From IMG/VR virus record IMGVR_UViG_3300045988_181388, positions 1 through 39,867 of that record: a DNA stretch of 39,867 nucleotides, one strand, 5' to 3'. Under the pieces are notes generated by a model. That model was not told the DNA's origin. It did not search any database and worked only from the letters and a program-made list of their open reading frames with translations. Position 1 is the first letter of the stretch; every line of letters starts with the position of its first letter. Position numbers and translations under genes: made by a program. Source of the DNA: a virus. Below are positions 17,022 through 26,737 of this stretch, piece by piece.

Positions 17022-17055
17022 GAGCGGCTTTGAAATACACAGCGCAAAGCCGCTC
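17022..17055 (+). terminator. 11-bp stem-loop after the capsid gene (attenuator or mRNA stabiliser; no U-tract)
   Basis: gagcggctttg..(12-nt loop)..caaagccgctc. Confidence 0.45.
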
Positions 17056-17080
17056 CCCTTTACGGGGTAGGAGATAAGAA

Positions 17081-17518
17081 ATGACTTTTCAGGAAGCGAA
17101 CAAATTTATAGACGAATACGCAAGTTATACCGGCAAAGATTTAAACGAGGTAGTAAAGCTTCACCCTCAACTTTCCTTATTGTTCGGGAACGGCGCGGCG
17201 TTCGTTCAGCGTGTAGAAAGAATCATCACGGAAGAAATTAAATATCGCGCTCCGCTCGTTAATCTCGATGATATGTCGGATATCCAAAAAGCGGCTTTCA
17301 GAAACGCAATAACGGAGCAGATAACCTACACCGTGGCAAGCGGTGATTTTAGCCTTATAAGCGGCTACAATGACGTAGACAACACGTCTTTAAGTACGAA
17401 AGAAATACGGCAGAAAATGTTCTCGCCGTTAGCTATAAAGATATTAACCAACGCAGGACTTTTATATTCGGGGCTTGACAGAGCCGTTGTGCCGTGTTGG
17501 CTCAGAGGTTTAAGATGA
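17081..17518 (+). CDS. Putative head-tail connector protein
   Basis: Called on position and size only (145 aa, first gene after the capsid gene). Confidence 0.4.
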   Translation: MTFQEANKFIDEYASYTGKDLNEVVKLHPQLSLLFGNGAAFVQRVERIITEEIKYRAPLVNLDDMSDIQKAAFRNAITEQITYTVASGDFSLISGYNDVDNTSLSTKEIRQKMFSPLAIKILTNAGLLYSGLDRAVVPCWLRGLR

Positions 17519-17850
17519 TAAAAATCGGCATGGACCTGGCAATACTCAACAGGCACGTTGTAAGCGAAGGCGGGGAGTATTTGGGCGCAAAGCTCAAAGG
17601 CGATAATTTCCTCGCATATGAAACGGAGTTACCGCTTGCAAGCGAAAAAAACGTTATAGCGGGTACAACCTCAACGGTGAGCGACGTAACGCTTGCGCTT
17701 GCCACGTCCGATAATATCGCCGCAACGATAGTAAGCGACGACACGGTGGCGTGGAAAGGTAGAACGTATTCCGTCTCGAACGTAAGCGCACGCAGAAAGA
17801 AAGGCGGCATGCTCTTCTCAAAAGAGTACGTCGTTTACTTAAAAGGTTGA
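17515..17850 (+). CDS. Putative head-closure / head-tail adaptor protein
   Basis: ATGA overlap with the upstream gene. Called on position and size (111 aa). Confidence 0.4.
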   Translation: MIKIGMDLAILNRHVVSEGGEYLGAKLKGDNFLAYETELPLASEKNVIAGTTSTVSDVTLALATSDNIAATIVSDDTVAWKGRTYSVSNVSARRKKGGMLFSKEYVVYLKG

Positions 17851-17851
17851 T

Positions 17852-18238
17852 ATGTGGAAAAAGCTATATTTGGCGCAAGATATTATTCTGGCGCATTTGC
17901 GGGTTTACTGCCCTATCCGAACGGGAAGACTTGTTGCAACGATAACGCCCGATAATAACAGCCTTGTTATTACTATCGGCGACGAGAACGTTCAATATGC
18001 GCCATATACAAATGAAAGTTGGGATAATTTCGCCCCGCCTTTAAAAGGGCATAAGAACCCGAACGAGGGTTGGATAAATAAAGCCTTAGACGCGGCTCTT
18101 CCGATAGTTGACAAATTCCTTGCTGGGTCTGTAACGGAAGAAGAAGCGAGGGAGATTGTAAAGGCGAACAACTCGATATGGCAAGCGAAATTCGCAAAAA
18201 GGGCTAAAAAATTCAGAGAAGAGGCTAAAACAATATGA
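17852..18238 (+). CDS. HK97 gp10-like tail-completion/neck protein
   Basis: CPIRTGRLVATI resembles the P-x-x-TG-x-L motif of the gp10 family; position also fits. Confidence 0.45.
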   Translation: MWKKLYLAQDIILAHLRVYCPIRTGRLVATITPDNNSLVITIGDENVQYAPYTNESWDNFAPPLKGHKNPNEGWINKALDAALPIVDKFLAGSVTEEEAREIVKANNSIWQAKFAKRAKKFREEAKTI

Positions 18239-19134
18239 GATTCGAAGAGGTATTCAAAGGTATATTAAAAGATAAAATCGTTGCGGCGGCGGGAGCAAAC
18301 TCGGTGTTTTCAATTCATGCCGTTAACGATTTGTTTTTTAAATCCGAAAACTTCATAAAAGGCGATAACGACGTTATTATGGTCGTTCAGGGCGGTAACG
18401 TGACGAAAAGCAATATCCCCGATTACGATTTAAACACTATGCCGTTAATCGTTAATTTTATTGTACCGCTTATCCGCAAAAACGCCTTTATGGGCGTTCT
18501 CGGCAATGTAGCCGAAAAATATAACGGCACACTTGAAGAAGCGGCGCAAGGAAGCGATAACGGCGTTATAACGCAATACAGAGCTATATATAACACGCCG
18601 TTCGTTATAGGCGAATCGCAGGAGATACGTTGCGGCACGGGGACGATTAAAATCTGCACCGTTCAATGGATTATCTCGCTTAATTACGGCAAAAACGCGT
18701 ATGTAAAAACGCCGACGGTTTACTTAACAATCAACAACGTTCCTATTCCGATTACGCACATTATGCGGTACGAACACGCCTACGCCCCCGCTTACGACGA
18801 TTATCAGAAATTCGGAGATAAAATCCGCACGTCAAAAAAACTTTCGGCAATTCGCACATGGGTTTTTCAGATCGCGAAAATAACGCTCTCGGAAAGCACA
18901 AAATCAAAAATTAAAAGCTTGATAGATTCCCCGAAGCTATTTGACAGCTTTATTAAAGGAATTACAAACGATGAAAAATTACAATTTCTTTTTGAAGCAT
19001 TTGAATGGGGTTTAGAATTAACCTACGCGATAAAATTAAAAAGCGATTATGGCACAATAACAGTTAACCATTTGTCTGTTTCATCGGGAATCGAAAACAA
19101 CTCAGGCTCGTATCTTTTAACGTTAGAGGTGTAA
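18235..19134 (+). CDS. Putative tail tube / major tail structural protein (299 aa)
   Basis: Called on position only. Confidence 0.35.
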   Translation: MRFEEVFKGILKDKIVAAAGANSVFSIHAVNDLFFKSENFIKGDNDVIMVVQGGNVTKSNIPDYDLNTMPLIVNFIVPLIRKNAFMGVLGNVAEKYNGTLEEAAQGSDNGVITQYRAIYNTPFVIGESQEIRCGTGTIKICTVQWIISLNYGKNAYVKTPTVYLTINNVPIPITHIMRYEHAYAPAYDDYQKFGDKIRTSKKLSAIRTWVFQIAKITLSESTKSKIKSLIDSPKLFDSFIKGITNDEKLQFLFEAFEWGLELTYAIKLKSDYGTITVNHLSVSSGIENNSGSYLLTLEV

Positions 19135-19135
19135 T

Positions 19136-19618
19136 ATGTCGGTATCAAAGGACGAGGAAAACAGAGTATATACAATAAAACTCGACGTAGGCATACAAGG
19201 CGACGGTGGCGAAAATGCGGGCGATACGCCGCAGGATAAACAGGATAACGAGAACGGTCAGATAGCCGCGGGAGCAGGGCAAACAAAGTCTAAAAACGTT
19301 TCAAAAGGAGCTTGGGCTTTAAACCTTGCAAAACAGCAAGGCACTAAGTTGGCTTCCGATTTAATCGGTAATATCGGCGATATTACGGGCGATTACATCG
19401 CACAGGCAAATATACAGGAGACGCTCGGAATCGTGTCAACGTTCGGCGGTATTGCCGCGGCAACGGCGGCGGGCGGAGTAGCCGGGTTTGCCGTTTCTGT
19501 AATCGGCGCGGGAGTTTCCGCGGGAATAGGCGCAGTGAATTATCAGCGGCAAATTTATATGCAAAATAAAAATGCCAAGTGGCTCGCTCAAAGAGTAGGC
19601 TACTCGGCATTTAAATAA
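19136..19618 (+). CDS. Glycine-zipper protein (160 aa), possibly a minimal tape-measure-like or ejection protein
   Basis: Contains GIVSTFGGIAAATAAGGVAGFAVSVIGAGVSAGIGAV and occupies the slot where a tape measure would normally sit. Confidence 0.45.
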   Translation: MSVSKDEENRVYTIKLDVGIQGDGGENAGDTPQDKQDNENGQIAAGAGQTKSKNVSKGAWALNLAKQQGTKLASDLIGNIGDITGDYIAQANIQETLGIVSTFGGIAAATAAGGVAGFAVSVIGAGVSAGIGAVNYQRQIYMQNKNAKWLAQRVGYSAFK

Positions 19619-19867
19619 TTATTTGTTTTTATCGTCTGTTTCGTCGCTTACATCAGATTCTTTATCTTTATCTTCAGAAATGAAAATATATATAAACACA
19701 GATATCGACAGAATTATTTGTACTGCATGAAATACAGCAAAATATATAAGATAATGTACATCAGAAACGCCTATATTGCGTAATCCGTTTACAAAATACC
19801 ATACGCATGGATAAACTGAAGCCAACGCGTTAATCATAAGTATTATTTTTATAAATAAATTCTTCAT
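19619..19867 (-). CDS. Antisense-oriented small membrane protein moron (82 aa, about 3 TM, acidic C-tail)
   Basis: ATG 19867 lies 5 nt after GAGGTGG. TM segments are LFIKIILMINALASVYPCVWYF, YLIYFAVFHAVQIILSISVFIYIFI. AT-rich by eye. This is the only minus-strand gene inside the late operon. Confidence 0.65.
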   Translation of the reverse strand: MKNLFIKIILMINALASVYPCVWYFVNGLRNIGVSDVHYLIYFAVFHAVQIILSISVFIYIFISEDKDKESDVSDETDDKNK

Positions 19868-19886
19868 AAAGCCACCTCGCACACAC

Positions 19887-19915
19887 ATAATAGCATATAA
19901 GGAGCTACATGTCAA
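19887..19915 (-). promoter_or_regulatory. Near-consensus promoter TTGACA-N17-TATTAT for the antisense moron
   Basis: On the minus strand, TTGACA is at 19915-19910 and TATTAT at 19892-19887. The -35 element overlaps the start codon of the 881-aa tail gene. Confidence 0.6.
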
Positions 19916-22554
19916 ATAGATTTAAGATAATTCACACATCAAAAAAAACGGGCGTAGAAACCGTAATATTCGATAATACGTCCGATAGCGTTATTGAAGA
20001 CGTTGGAGACCTTTTAATCGGTGTTCCGATAACCGAAAGCGTAGACGACGGCATGAGTACAGCCGTACTTCATTTAAAGAGCTGTAAAGGCGACGTAGCC
20101 GTCCCCGCGCTTTTTGAGCCTTACGATAAAGTTGAGGTTCAAAAAAGCGTAAACGGCAGTATACAAAGCGAGCTTTACGTTATTGCAATAGATAACAGGA
20201 AGGTTGACAACGAGAATTTAAAGACTTACGAAAAAAGCATATCGCTCGTTGAGGCGACAAAAATTCTCGATAGTATTTTTATTTACAACTGCAATTTAAC
20301 GAATAAAAACGAAAATCTTAGCGACCAGGCTAACAAATTATTAAGAAATGCTGAAATAACTCTTTTAGGCGAAAAAGAAAGATTATATATCGAAACATCT
20401 AACTCGGACAAAACAAAAACAGCGACATGGTTTTTGCTTAATAATTTCCCGTCGGAAGATTTCTTTTTTGATAATACAACGCTCAGAGAAGCGTTATATC
20501 GGATTTTTGAAGTTGCGCACGTTCGACCTTACGTTAACGAGATAACGTATAAAAACGGCGATATTGACAGGATCCAAATTTCACACAAAAGTAAAATAGA
20601 ATTTGAAGAGATAAAATCGCTTGCAGATGCAGGAGACTTTATCGGCGACGAAGCGGAAATCTCTATCGATAATTATTTCGGAACAATAAAAGCTCGCGGA
20701 TATAACTCGATATCAAAAAACACAATAAAAACGGGAGAATTGCCGTTTACAACTTCAGAAGCTCAATTAACGACAAATAATATGATTGCCGATTTAGGCT
20801 TTCCTATTGAAGATATAAAATCGTTTAAAATAGGCGGAAGTAAAATAAGAATAAGCGTAGAATATTATCATGCGTCAGTCCAAGAGTTGACATATGTCGA
20901 TTTGGCTTATTTTTACGATATTACCGACAAAATAGTAGATAATAGCATTTATAGCTTATTATCAAAAGATGAGCAAAATTTAACAATGCCGTATACGAAA
21001 GGCGATAGCACTATCGGATTTTCTAAATCTTATAAAACATTGCTTTTTACGCATTCTTCGATATCCGAAATTTTAAATCTTGATTTAAAAAAACTTGGCA
21101 ATAGCGATATTTATAAATACTGCAAAGAAAATAATATTGCAGATACGTCGGGGACAACAAAGTATTTAGGCAATGTGGCAATAACTAAAATAACATTTAC
21201 AAACGGAATTGAAAGCTTGTTTTTTCAAGCTGAATTTATTCCGAGAATTAACACAGTAATCGAAATTTCAAAGCCCGGGGTTTACGATAACGACCGTTTG
21301 AAAGTAGCCATACCCGACAACCAAAGCGCGAACAGCATAGATATAGCGCGGCACGGGCGATCGCTTGCAGGGCTTGCAAGAAGGACGGGAAACGAAGAAT
21401 TAACGCTTAATTTCATTTGCGACGGCTTCAATAACCTTTTGCCTGTAATGGGTAAATTTACGGGTTTAACGGGGCGTAATTCCTACCTTAACGATTACGT
21501 CATAACAAAGCGCGAATACGCTATTTACGACGACTATTTAAAGGTTAAATATTACTGCACAAAAGACTATCAGGCGATAAACGAAAAAATCGGCGTAGAC
21601 AGGGAAAAGCGATTATATAATATTCCCCTCGAATCGTCGGATTGTCCGATATTTATCAAATATTTTGTAACTATTGAAAAAACCGAAAAAAATAACGAAA
21701 CAGAATTCAGCGGCGTTGAAAATTACGCCATGATTTGTAATTTATTTATAAACAGTGAGGGTAATGGAAGATATGAATATCTTTACATGTCAACTCCCGA
21801 AGCGCATGCGGCGCAAACAATAAACGGTGAGAATGTAACACAGCTTGAGAGGAATCAATACTTTGCTCTTCCGCTTTTACCTTACACAAGCGATAAAAGC
21901 GTTATATTAGCCGCGCAGACTTTGGATAATTATTCCGTCGGTTATTCAAGAAGCGGCAGAAAGTTTTCTTATTGGGGCGGCGGCGGAATGCAGATGTTAT
22001 ATAATCCGTATACCGACATTAACGGGGAATGTTCACTGTTCAATCTCCGTTTAGCTTCAAGGCAAGCTGTTAATAAAAACTTGAATATATATCCTAAAGT
22101 AACGGTTGGCGACGAAACGTTAATTTCAGACGACTTGATATTTACATATAAAAAAGACAGGACGCAACGCCCTGTCTTCTTTATTGCGTTTGAGTTCTTG
22201 CCGTCAAAAGAGCTTTATGGCAAGGTTGTGTTCGGTGAAGCGGCGGCAAGTCAAAATTTCCTTGTAGTCGGCGAAGAACCTAAAAAACGCTACGTATATT
22301 CGTCGAGTGAAATTTATCGTGAGGGTGAAACAAAGATAAAAGGTACGCAAGTATGCGAAGTATTTAATAATCTTGTTCCGTCTTATAACGCCACAACAAG
22401 GACGGCTTTCTTTACAGTAATGAAAGATTTTCCTTTGACGGACTCTATAAAATCATATGCAATCGGCGACGAAAGCGGCAATCTGTTAATCGCTTTTAAT
22501 ATGGCGTTAACCAAAGATGAAAAACTATATTTCAATATTTCAAGAAAATTATAA
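19909..22554 (+). CDS. Large tail/baseplate structural protein (881 aa)
   Basis: Called on size and position upstream of the fibre genes. The central part is AT-rich by eye. No enzymatic motif recognised. Confidence 0.55.
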   Translation: MSNRFKIIHTSKKTGVETVIFDNTSDSVIEDVGDLLIGVPITESVDDGMSTAVLHLKSCKGDVAVPALFEPYDKVEVQKSVNGSIQSELYVIAIDNRKVDNENLKTYEKSISLVEATKILDSIFIYNCNLTNKNENLSDQANKLLRNAEITLLGEKERLYIETSNSDKTKTATWFLLNNFPSEDFFFDNTTLREALYRIFEVAHVRPYVNEITYKNGDIDRIQISHKSKIEFEEIKSLADAGDFIGDEAEISIDNYFGTIKARGYNSISKNTIKTGELPFTTSEAQLTTNNMIADLGFPIEDIKSFKIGGSKIRISVEYYHASVQELTYVDLAYFYDITDKIVDNSIYSLLSKDEQNLTMPYTKGDSTIGFSKSYKTLLFTHSSISEILNLDLKKLGNSDIYKYCKENNIADTSGTTKYLGNVAITKITFTNGIESLFFQAEFIPRINTVIEISKPGVYDNDRLKVAIPDNQSANSIDIARHGRSLAGLARRTGNEELTLNFICDGFNNLLPVMGKFTGLTGRNSYLNDYVITKREYAIYDDYLKVKYYCTKDYQAINEKIGVDREKRLYNIPLESSDCPIFIKYFVTIEKTEKNNETEFSGVENYAMICNLFINSEGNGRYEYLYMSTPEAHAAQTINGENVTQLERNQYFALPLLPYTSDKSVILAAQTLDNYSVGYSRSGRKFSYWGGGGMQMLYNPYTDINGECSLFNLRLASRQAVNKNLNIYPKVTVGDETLISDDLIFTYKKDRTQRPVFFIAFEFLPSKELYGKVVFGEAAASQNFLVVGEEPKKRYVYSSSEIYREGETKIKGTQVCEVFNNLVPSYNATTRTAFFTVMKDFPLTDSIKSYAIGDESGNLLIAFNMALTKDEKLYFNISRKL

Positions 22555-22565
22555 AGGAGCAAAAC

Positions 22566-24536
22566 ATGAGGATAACGGTTAATAAAAACGGTCAGGTCGT
22601 AAATATAACCGATTCAACGCTTGTTGCAAATTCCACTTACGGCAACGCAAAATTTATTCTTGCTTTTGACAAAAGCCTTACGTCAAGCGAAATATCGAAT
22701 TTTGCGACGTGTGCGTATTCGGTAATACGTGCGGACGGCGTGCAAATCGGGAATATGTACATGGCGTTGAAAGGCGAGCAGTTCGAAGCCGAAATAGAGC
22801 CTGGATTCGGCATACTTGACGTAAGCGGAAGCATTAAGATATCTTTCCAGGTAAAGACGAAAGGCGACGGCAAGACAAAAGACGATGGCAAGGTATTTGC
22901 TACGATAGCCGTAGCGGCGTTTGTTCAAAATAATATCGGCAAGTATACACAAGAAGAAGCTAACGACGTAGAAACTAAGCTTGAAGCAAAGATTGAAACA
23001 ATATATGCAAATATCAACGCAAAGGTTGATAAAATCGACAGCGACAACGTAGGGGACAAGGCTTATATAAAAGGCGAGACAGGGAACACCGAATCGCCCG
23101 ATTATGTTTATATCGAGCGAAACGGCGAAAAGAAAAGCAGAGCGATTCTCGGTGCAACGCAAGACGGCGATTATATTATTCCCAACGCCGAGAAACCCGC
23201 AAATCCCGTCAATCTCGGGCAATTGCTCGAGCAGTTAAAGCTTTATATACAAGCGATTGAAAAAGGCTCTGCGGGCGGCGTTGCGCCTTTAAATGAAAAT
23301 ACTCTTATCGACGAGAAGTATATTCCGTCCGATATTATAAACGCGGCGGGTAACGTTATAAACAAGGTCGATAAAATTCCGCAAGGACCTTACGATAGAG
23401 TATATATTGCTCAAGGCTTGTACGATAGCTCCCCCGACAAATTCAGGTCAGTCAATTCAAAAGGCACGCCTTACGCATATTCTTTGCTCGGAGCCGACGC
23501 GGCGGGCGTGTATCGTGTCCCAGACGCTACGGACAAGTTAAGCCCGGTCAATCTTCAACAGCTTTTAGCTAAGCTCGAGAAGTATATTTTAGCGACGGAA
23601 AAAGGCTCTGCGGGCGGCGTTGCCGTGCTTGACAATTCGGGAAAGGTTCCCGCTTCGCAATTGCCGGGCTTTGTTGACGACGTTCTCGATTCTTACGTTC
23701 GCCCGGGCGCGGCACTTTATTCCGCCTCGTGGTTATCGCTTGAGAAAAACGGAGCGGCTTTAACGCCTGAAGAGGGTAAGCTTTACATCGTAAAAGAGGG
23801 CGAGTATGCAAATCATCAATACCGGTGGACGGGTTCGCAATACGGCGAAATAGCAAGCTCTCTTGCACTCGGAGAGGTAACAGGCACGGCTTACGACGGC
23901 GGCAAAGGTAAAGCTTTAAGAGACGAATTAACAGCCGAAGCAAAGCGCATAGACGATAACGAAGCGGATATAGCCGCACTGCGCACGGACGTAGACACAG
24001 GCGAGACGTATATCGGAGCCGCCGAGCCTGATAACAAGCGGTATAAAACGTGGATTGATACCACGGAAGAGCTTTTCTTTTCAAAGTCGATATTAAAAAG
24101 CGGCGATTATATCGTCCTTACCGAAGAACAAGACGCAGACGGCACGCCGATTATAAAGATATCCGTAAAGCCGCCTTACAAGCGGCATAATATTAAAATA
24201 TCTTTTGCGAGCAAAGTGACTGAAACTGACACGGTTACGCTTTCAACAACAATGAGCGCGAGCGTAATATCCACAAGAGCGTCTTTCGTCGGAATGACGT
24301 GGAACGAGCTTTGCGACGAACTCGGATTAAGCGAATCGGGGCAGGATGACTATATCCCCGCAAAAGGCATTCGAAGAAGCTCAGCCAACAACTTTGAAAT
24401 TGCCATTACAGGGTTTAATCGAAATTATTTATTTAATGTCGCCTATAGTTCAGCGTCAGGGTTTACAAGAATGGATGTTGCTTCAATTTATATAATGAGC
24501 GGCTTAAAAATTACCGACAGTGTAAAGGAGATATAA
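22566..24536 (+). CDS. Tail fibre protein with a duplicated module
   Basis: EKGSAGGVAPLNENTLIDEKYIP and EKGSAGGVAVLDNSGKVPASQLPGFV match the GGVA-LD--GK-P--QLP motif common in phage fibres (from memory). Confidence 0.65.
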   Translation: MRITVNKNGQVVNITDSTLVANSTYGNAKFILAFDKSLTSSEISNFATCAYSVIRADGVQIGNMYMALKGEQFEAEIEPGFGILDVSGSIKISFQVKTKGDGKTKDDGKVFATIAVAAFVQNNIGKYTQEEANDVETKLEAKIETIYANINAKVDKIDSDNVGDKAYIKGETGNTESPDYVYIERNGEKKSRAILGATQDGDYIIPNAEKPANPVNLGQLLEQLKLYIQAIEKGSAGGVAPLNENTLIDEKYIPSDIINAAGNVINKVDKIPQGPYDRVYIAQGLYDSSPDKFRSVNSKGTPYAYSLLGADAAGVYRVPDATDKLSPVNLQQLLAKLEKYILATEKGSAGGVAVLDNSGKVPASQLPGFVDDVLDSYVRPGAALYSASWLSLEKNGAALTPEEGKLYIVKEGEYANHQYRWTGSQYGEIASSLALGEVTGTAYDGGKGKALRDELTAEAKRIDDNEADIAALRTDVDTGETYIGAAEPDNKRYKTWIDTTEELFFSKSILKSGDYIVLTEEQDADGTPIIKISVKPPYKRHNIKISFASKVTETDTVTLSTTMSASVISTRASFVGMTWNELCDELGLSESGQDDYIPAKGIRRSSANNFEIAITGFNRNYLFNVAYSSASGFTRMDVASIYIMSGLKITDSVKEI

Positions 24537-24537
24537 C

Positions 24538-26484
24538 ATGTCAATTTTAAAGTACAAAGACCCGAAAACGGGCGAATTTAAACGCATAAATCCTTACAAA
24601 GCCGAATTATCGTTTGTCGGCAAAGACGGAATTGTAGTCAATAAAGAACACAACTCCGAAATGGTAGAAATAAGCGGAAGCGGGTTGGTACAAAATTATA
24701 ATGGTCCAAAAGGTTATTATAGAGCATATGTAACTGATTATACTAATTGGAACACTAATATGATTATACGCCAAGAAGGAGATAATTCAGCTAATACTCT
24801 CTTACAAAGAAAAGCAGACGGCTCAGGTGAGATTGTAATGCCTGAAAACCCAGTAGATTTAAGTATCACCAACAAAAAATACGTAGCTGACAACTACGTG
24901 GAGAAAGTAAAATTTACAAACCTCGAGCAAGCTCTCAACGGCTATATTCTCGACACTAACAAAGAAGCCTACGCCGACCTTGACAGCGCAGTTTTAAAAA
25001 ACAGCGTAGCGGTAGGCGATAACGTATACCCGATAGCGGATAAAACGCGCGCGTTAGTCTCCCGAATTGAGGGCAAAACAACGAAAATGGTGCAGTTGCT
25101 TGATAAAAGTGTAATACCTGCAACACAAACGGTAAACGGGATTACTTACACAAATAACAATGACGGCAGTATAACGATAAACGGAACAGCGACGGCAGAG
25201 TCTTATATAATTATCGTCGCGAGAGATAAAGTAACTAACGGCAATAAAATTTTATTTGGCTCGGAGCAAAACACAAGTGATTACGGTGTCGCATGGGGAA
25301 CAATTTTAAATTCTTCAAAGTTCATTACTTCGACAACTCGTAATAACTATACCGTAAAGGTTAATTCGGGAGTGACTGTCGATAAAGTAAAAATTTATCC
25401 TCAACTCTTCGACCTCACAGCAATGAATCGCGAAGACATAACCACCGTCGAGCAGTTTAAAGCGGGATTCCCCGACCTTTACCCTTACGAAAACGGGAAT
25501 ATTTACCCCGCGAAAATTAGCGGCGTGAAGTTTACGGGAAAAAATTTAAAAAATATCCCAAACGGAATAGGAAGCAAGGACTATGCGGCAAATGAATTGC
25601 CTAAAAATATATCATTGGCATTATCTGCAAGACTAAGCTTAAAAGAGGGTAATGCAAGAGTAAGAGCTTCTTGGATTAAAAATGGAACCAGGGAATATAC
25701 TTATGGGAATATTATAACTGCATCCACGGGTATATCAAAAGTTGTATTTACGATTCCGTCGTCTGCAACGGATACGAGAATTGCGCTACAAACCTTTGGA
25801 GATGATGTTGGGTTCGAGTATTCTAACGTCCAAATCGAAGCAGGTACAGCCGCAACCGCCTACGAACCTTATATCGAGCCTGTTTCCGTCACGCTTCCCG
25901 AAACCTACGACTTGCACGGCATAGACGACAACAAGGATTATCTCGAAATTACGAAGAACGAGGATAACGAGCTGTACACACTTAAAAAGGTGCAAGTTAT
26001 CGAGAAAGTTATATTGAACGGAACAGAAAATTGGACGCCGTACTCGTACGGAGATAAACCTTTTACAAATGTAGGTTACTCTACACCGTTAAACCCTAAA
26101 TTTATAAAGTGGACTTATCGTGGCACAATGATGAATCTACTTAATAAATTGCCGACTGTAATAATAGACCAAAAAGGTTATGGCGCGGGCGATGAATCTG
26201 CTACATTATACGTTCGTTTGCCGAATATAGCTACTGCCGCTGATATGAAAGCTCATGTTTTATCAATGTATGAGGCAGGAACGCCGTATATTTTTTACGG
26301 AGCAATTGCAACGCCTGTTGAAACGGTTATCGCGGCGAACCTCACTTATGAGCAAGTGACGGCGATAAGGCATAACGGCAGCTTAATTGAGGTTGAGGGC
26401 AACACCAATAAGGGCTACGCAAAACCGACGATAAAAAATACGATAGTTTACAGATTAACAGCTACAAACAAGGCGGAGGGCTGA
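24538..26484 (+). CDS. Tail fibre / receptor-binding protein (648 aa)
   Basis: Position is distal to the first fibre gene. The N-terminus (ILKYKDPKTGEFKRI) is typical of fibre N-termini. Codon composition is patchy. Confidence 0.5.
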   Translation: MSILKYKDPKTGEFKRINPYKAELSFVGKDGIVVNKEHNSEMVEISGSGLVQNYNGPKGYYRAYVTDYTNWNTNMIIRQEGDNSANTLLQRKADGSGEIVMPENPVDLSITNKKYVADNYVEKVKFTNLEQALNGYILDTNKEAYADLDSAVLKNSVAVGDNVYPIADKTRALVSRIEGKTTKMVQLLDKSVIPATQTVNGITYTNNNDGSITINGTATAESYIIIVARDKVTNGNKILFGSEQNTSDYGVAWGTILNSSKFITSTTRNNYTVKVNSGVTVDKVKIYPQLFDLTAMNREDITTVEQFKAGFPDLYPYENGNIYPAKISGVKFTGKNLKNIPNGIGSKDYAANELPKNISLALSARLSLKEGNARVRASWIKNGTREYTYGNIITASTGISKVVFTIPSSATDTRIALQTFGDDVGFEYSNVQIEAGTAATAYEPYIEPVSVTLPETYDLHGIDDNKDYLEITKNEDNELYTLKKVQVIEKVILNGTENWTPYSYGDKPFTNVGYSTPLNPKFIKWTYRGTMMNLLNKLPTVIIDQKGYGAGDESATLYVRLPNIATAADMKAHVLSMYEAGTPYIFYGAIATPVETVIAANLTYEQVTAIRHNGSLIEVEGNTNKGYAKPTIKNTIVYRLTATNKAEG

Positions 26485-26485
26485 T

Positions 26486-26737
26486 ATGGACAGGGTTTTA
26501 AACGATTTAATTAAAGATAACGAAAGCGTTAAGAAAGACATGTATAACGCACGAGTAAACGCGCTTATACGGCAAAAGTATTCGCAAGATGAAGTCGAAG
26601 CAATCATCGCAAACTATTTAAGCTATTTATCAGGCGAATCGGCAAATCAAACCTACAAAACGGAATACTTTGAATTCCAGGAATACAGGCAGAAGTGCAA
26701 GGAGAAAGCAAAAGATGAAACGAACGATTTCGCTTGA
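26486..26737 (+). CDS. Hypothetical protein (83 aa)
   Basis: ORF immediately after the fibre gene. Confidence 0.5.
   Translation: MDRVLNDLIKDNESVKKDMYNARVNALIRQKYSQDEVEAIIANYLSYLSGESANQTYKTEYFEFQEYRQKCKEKAKDETNDFA

Noticed and set aside
22683-24084. Long antisense ORFs (22683..23222, 179 aa; 23569..24084, 171 aa) inside the tail-fibre gene.
   Set aside because: They are Arg/Leu/Pro/Cys-rich with no SD. They lie fully inside a convincing plus-strand gene with recognisable fibre motifs, so they are typical shadow ORFs.
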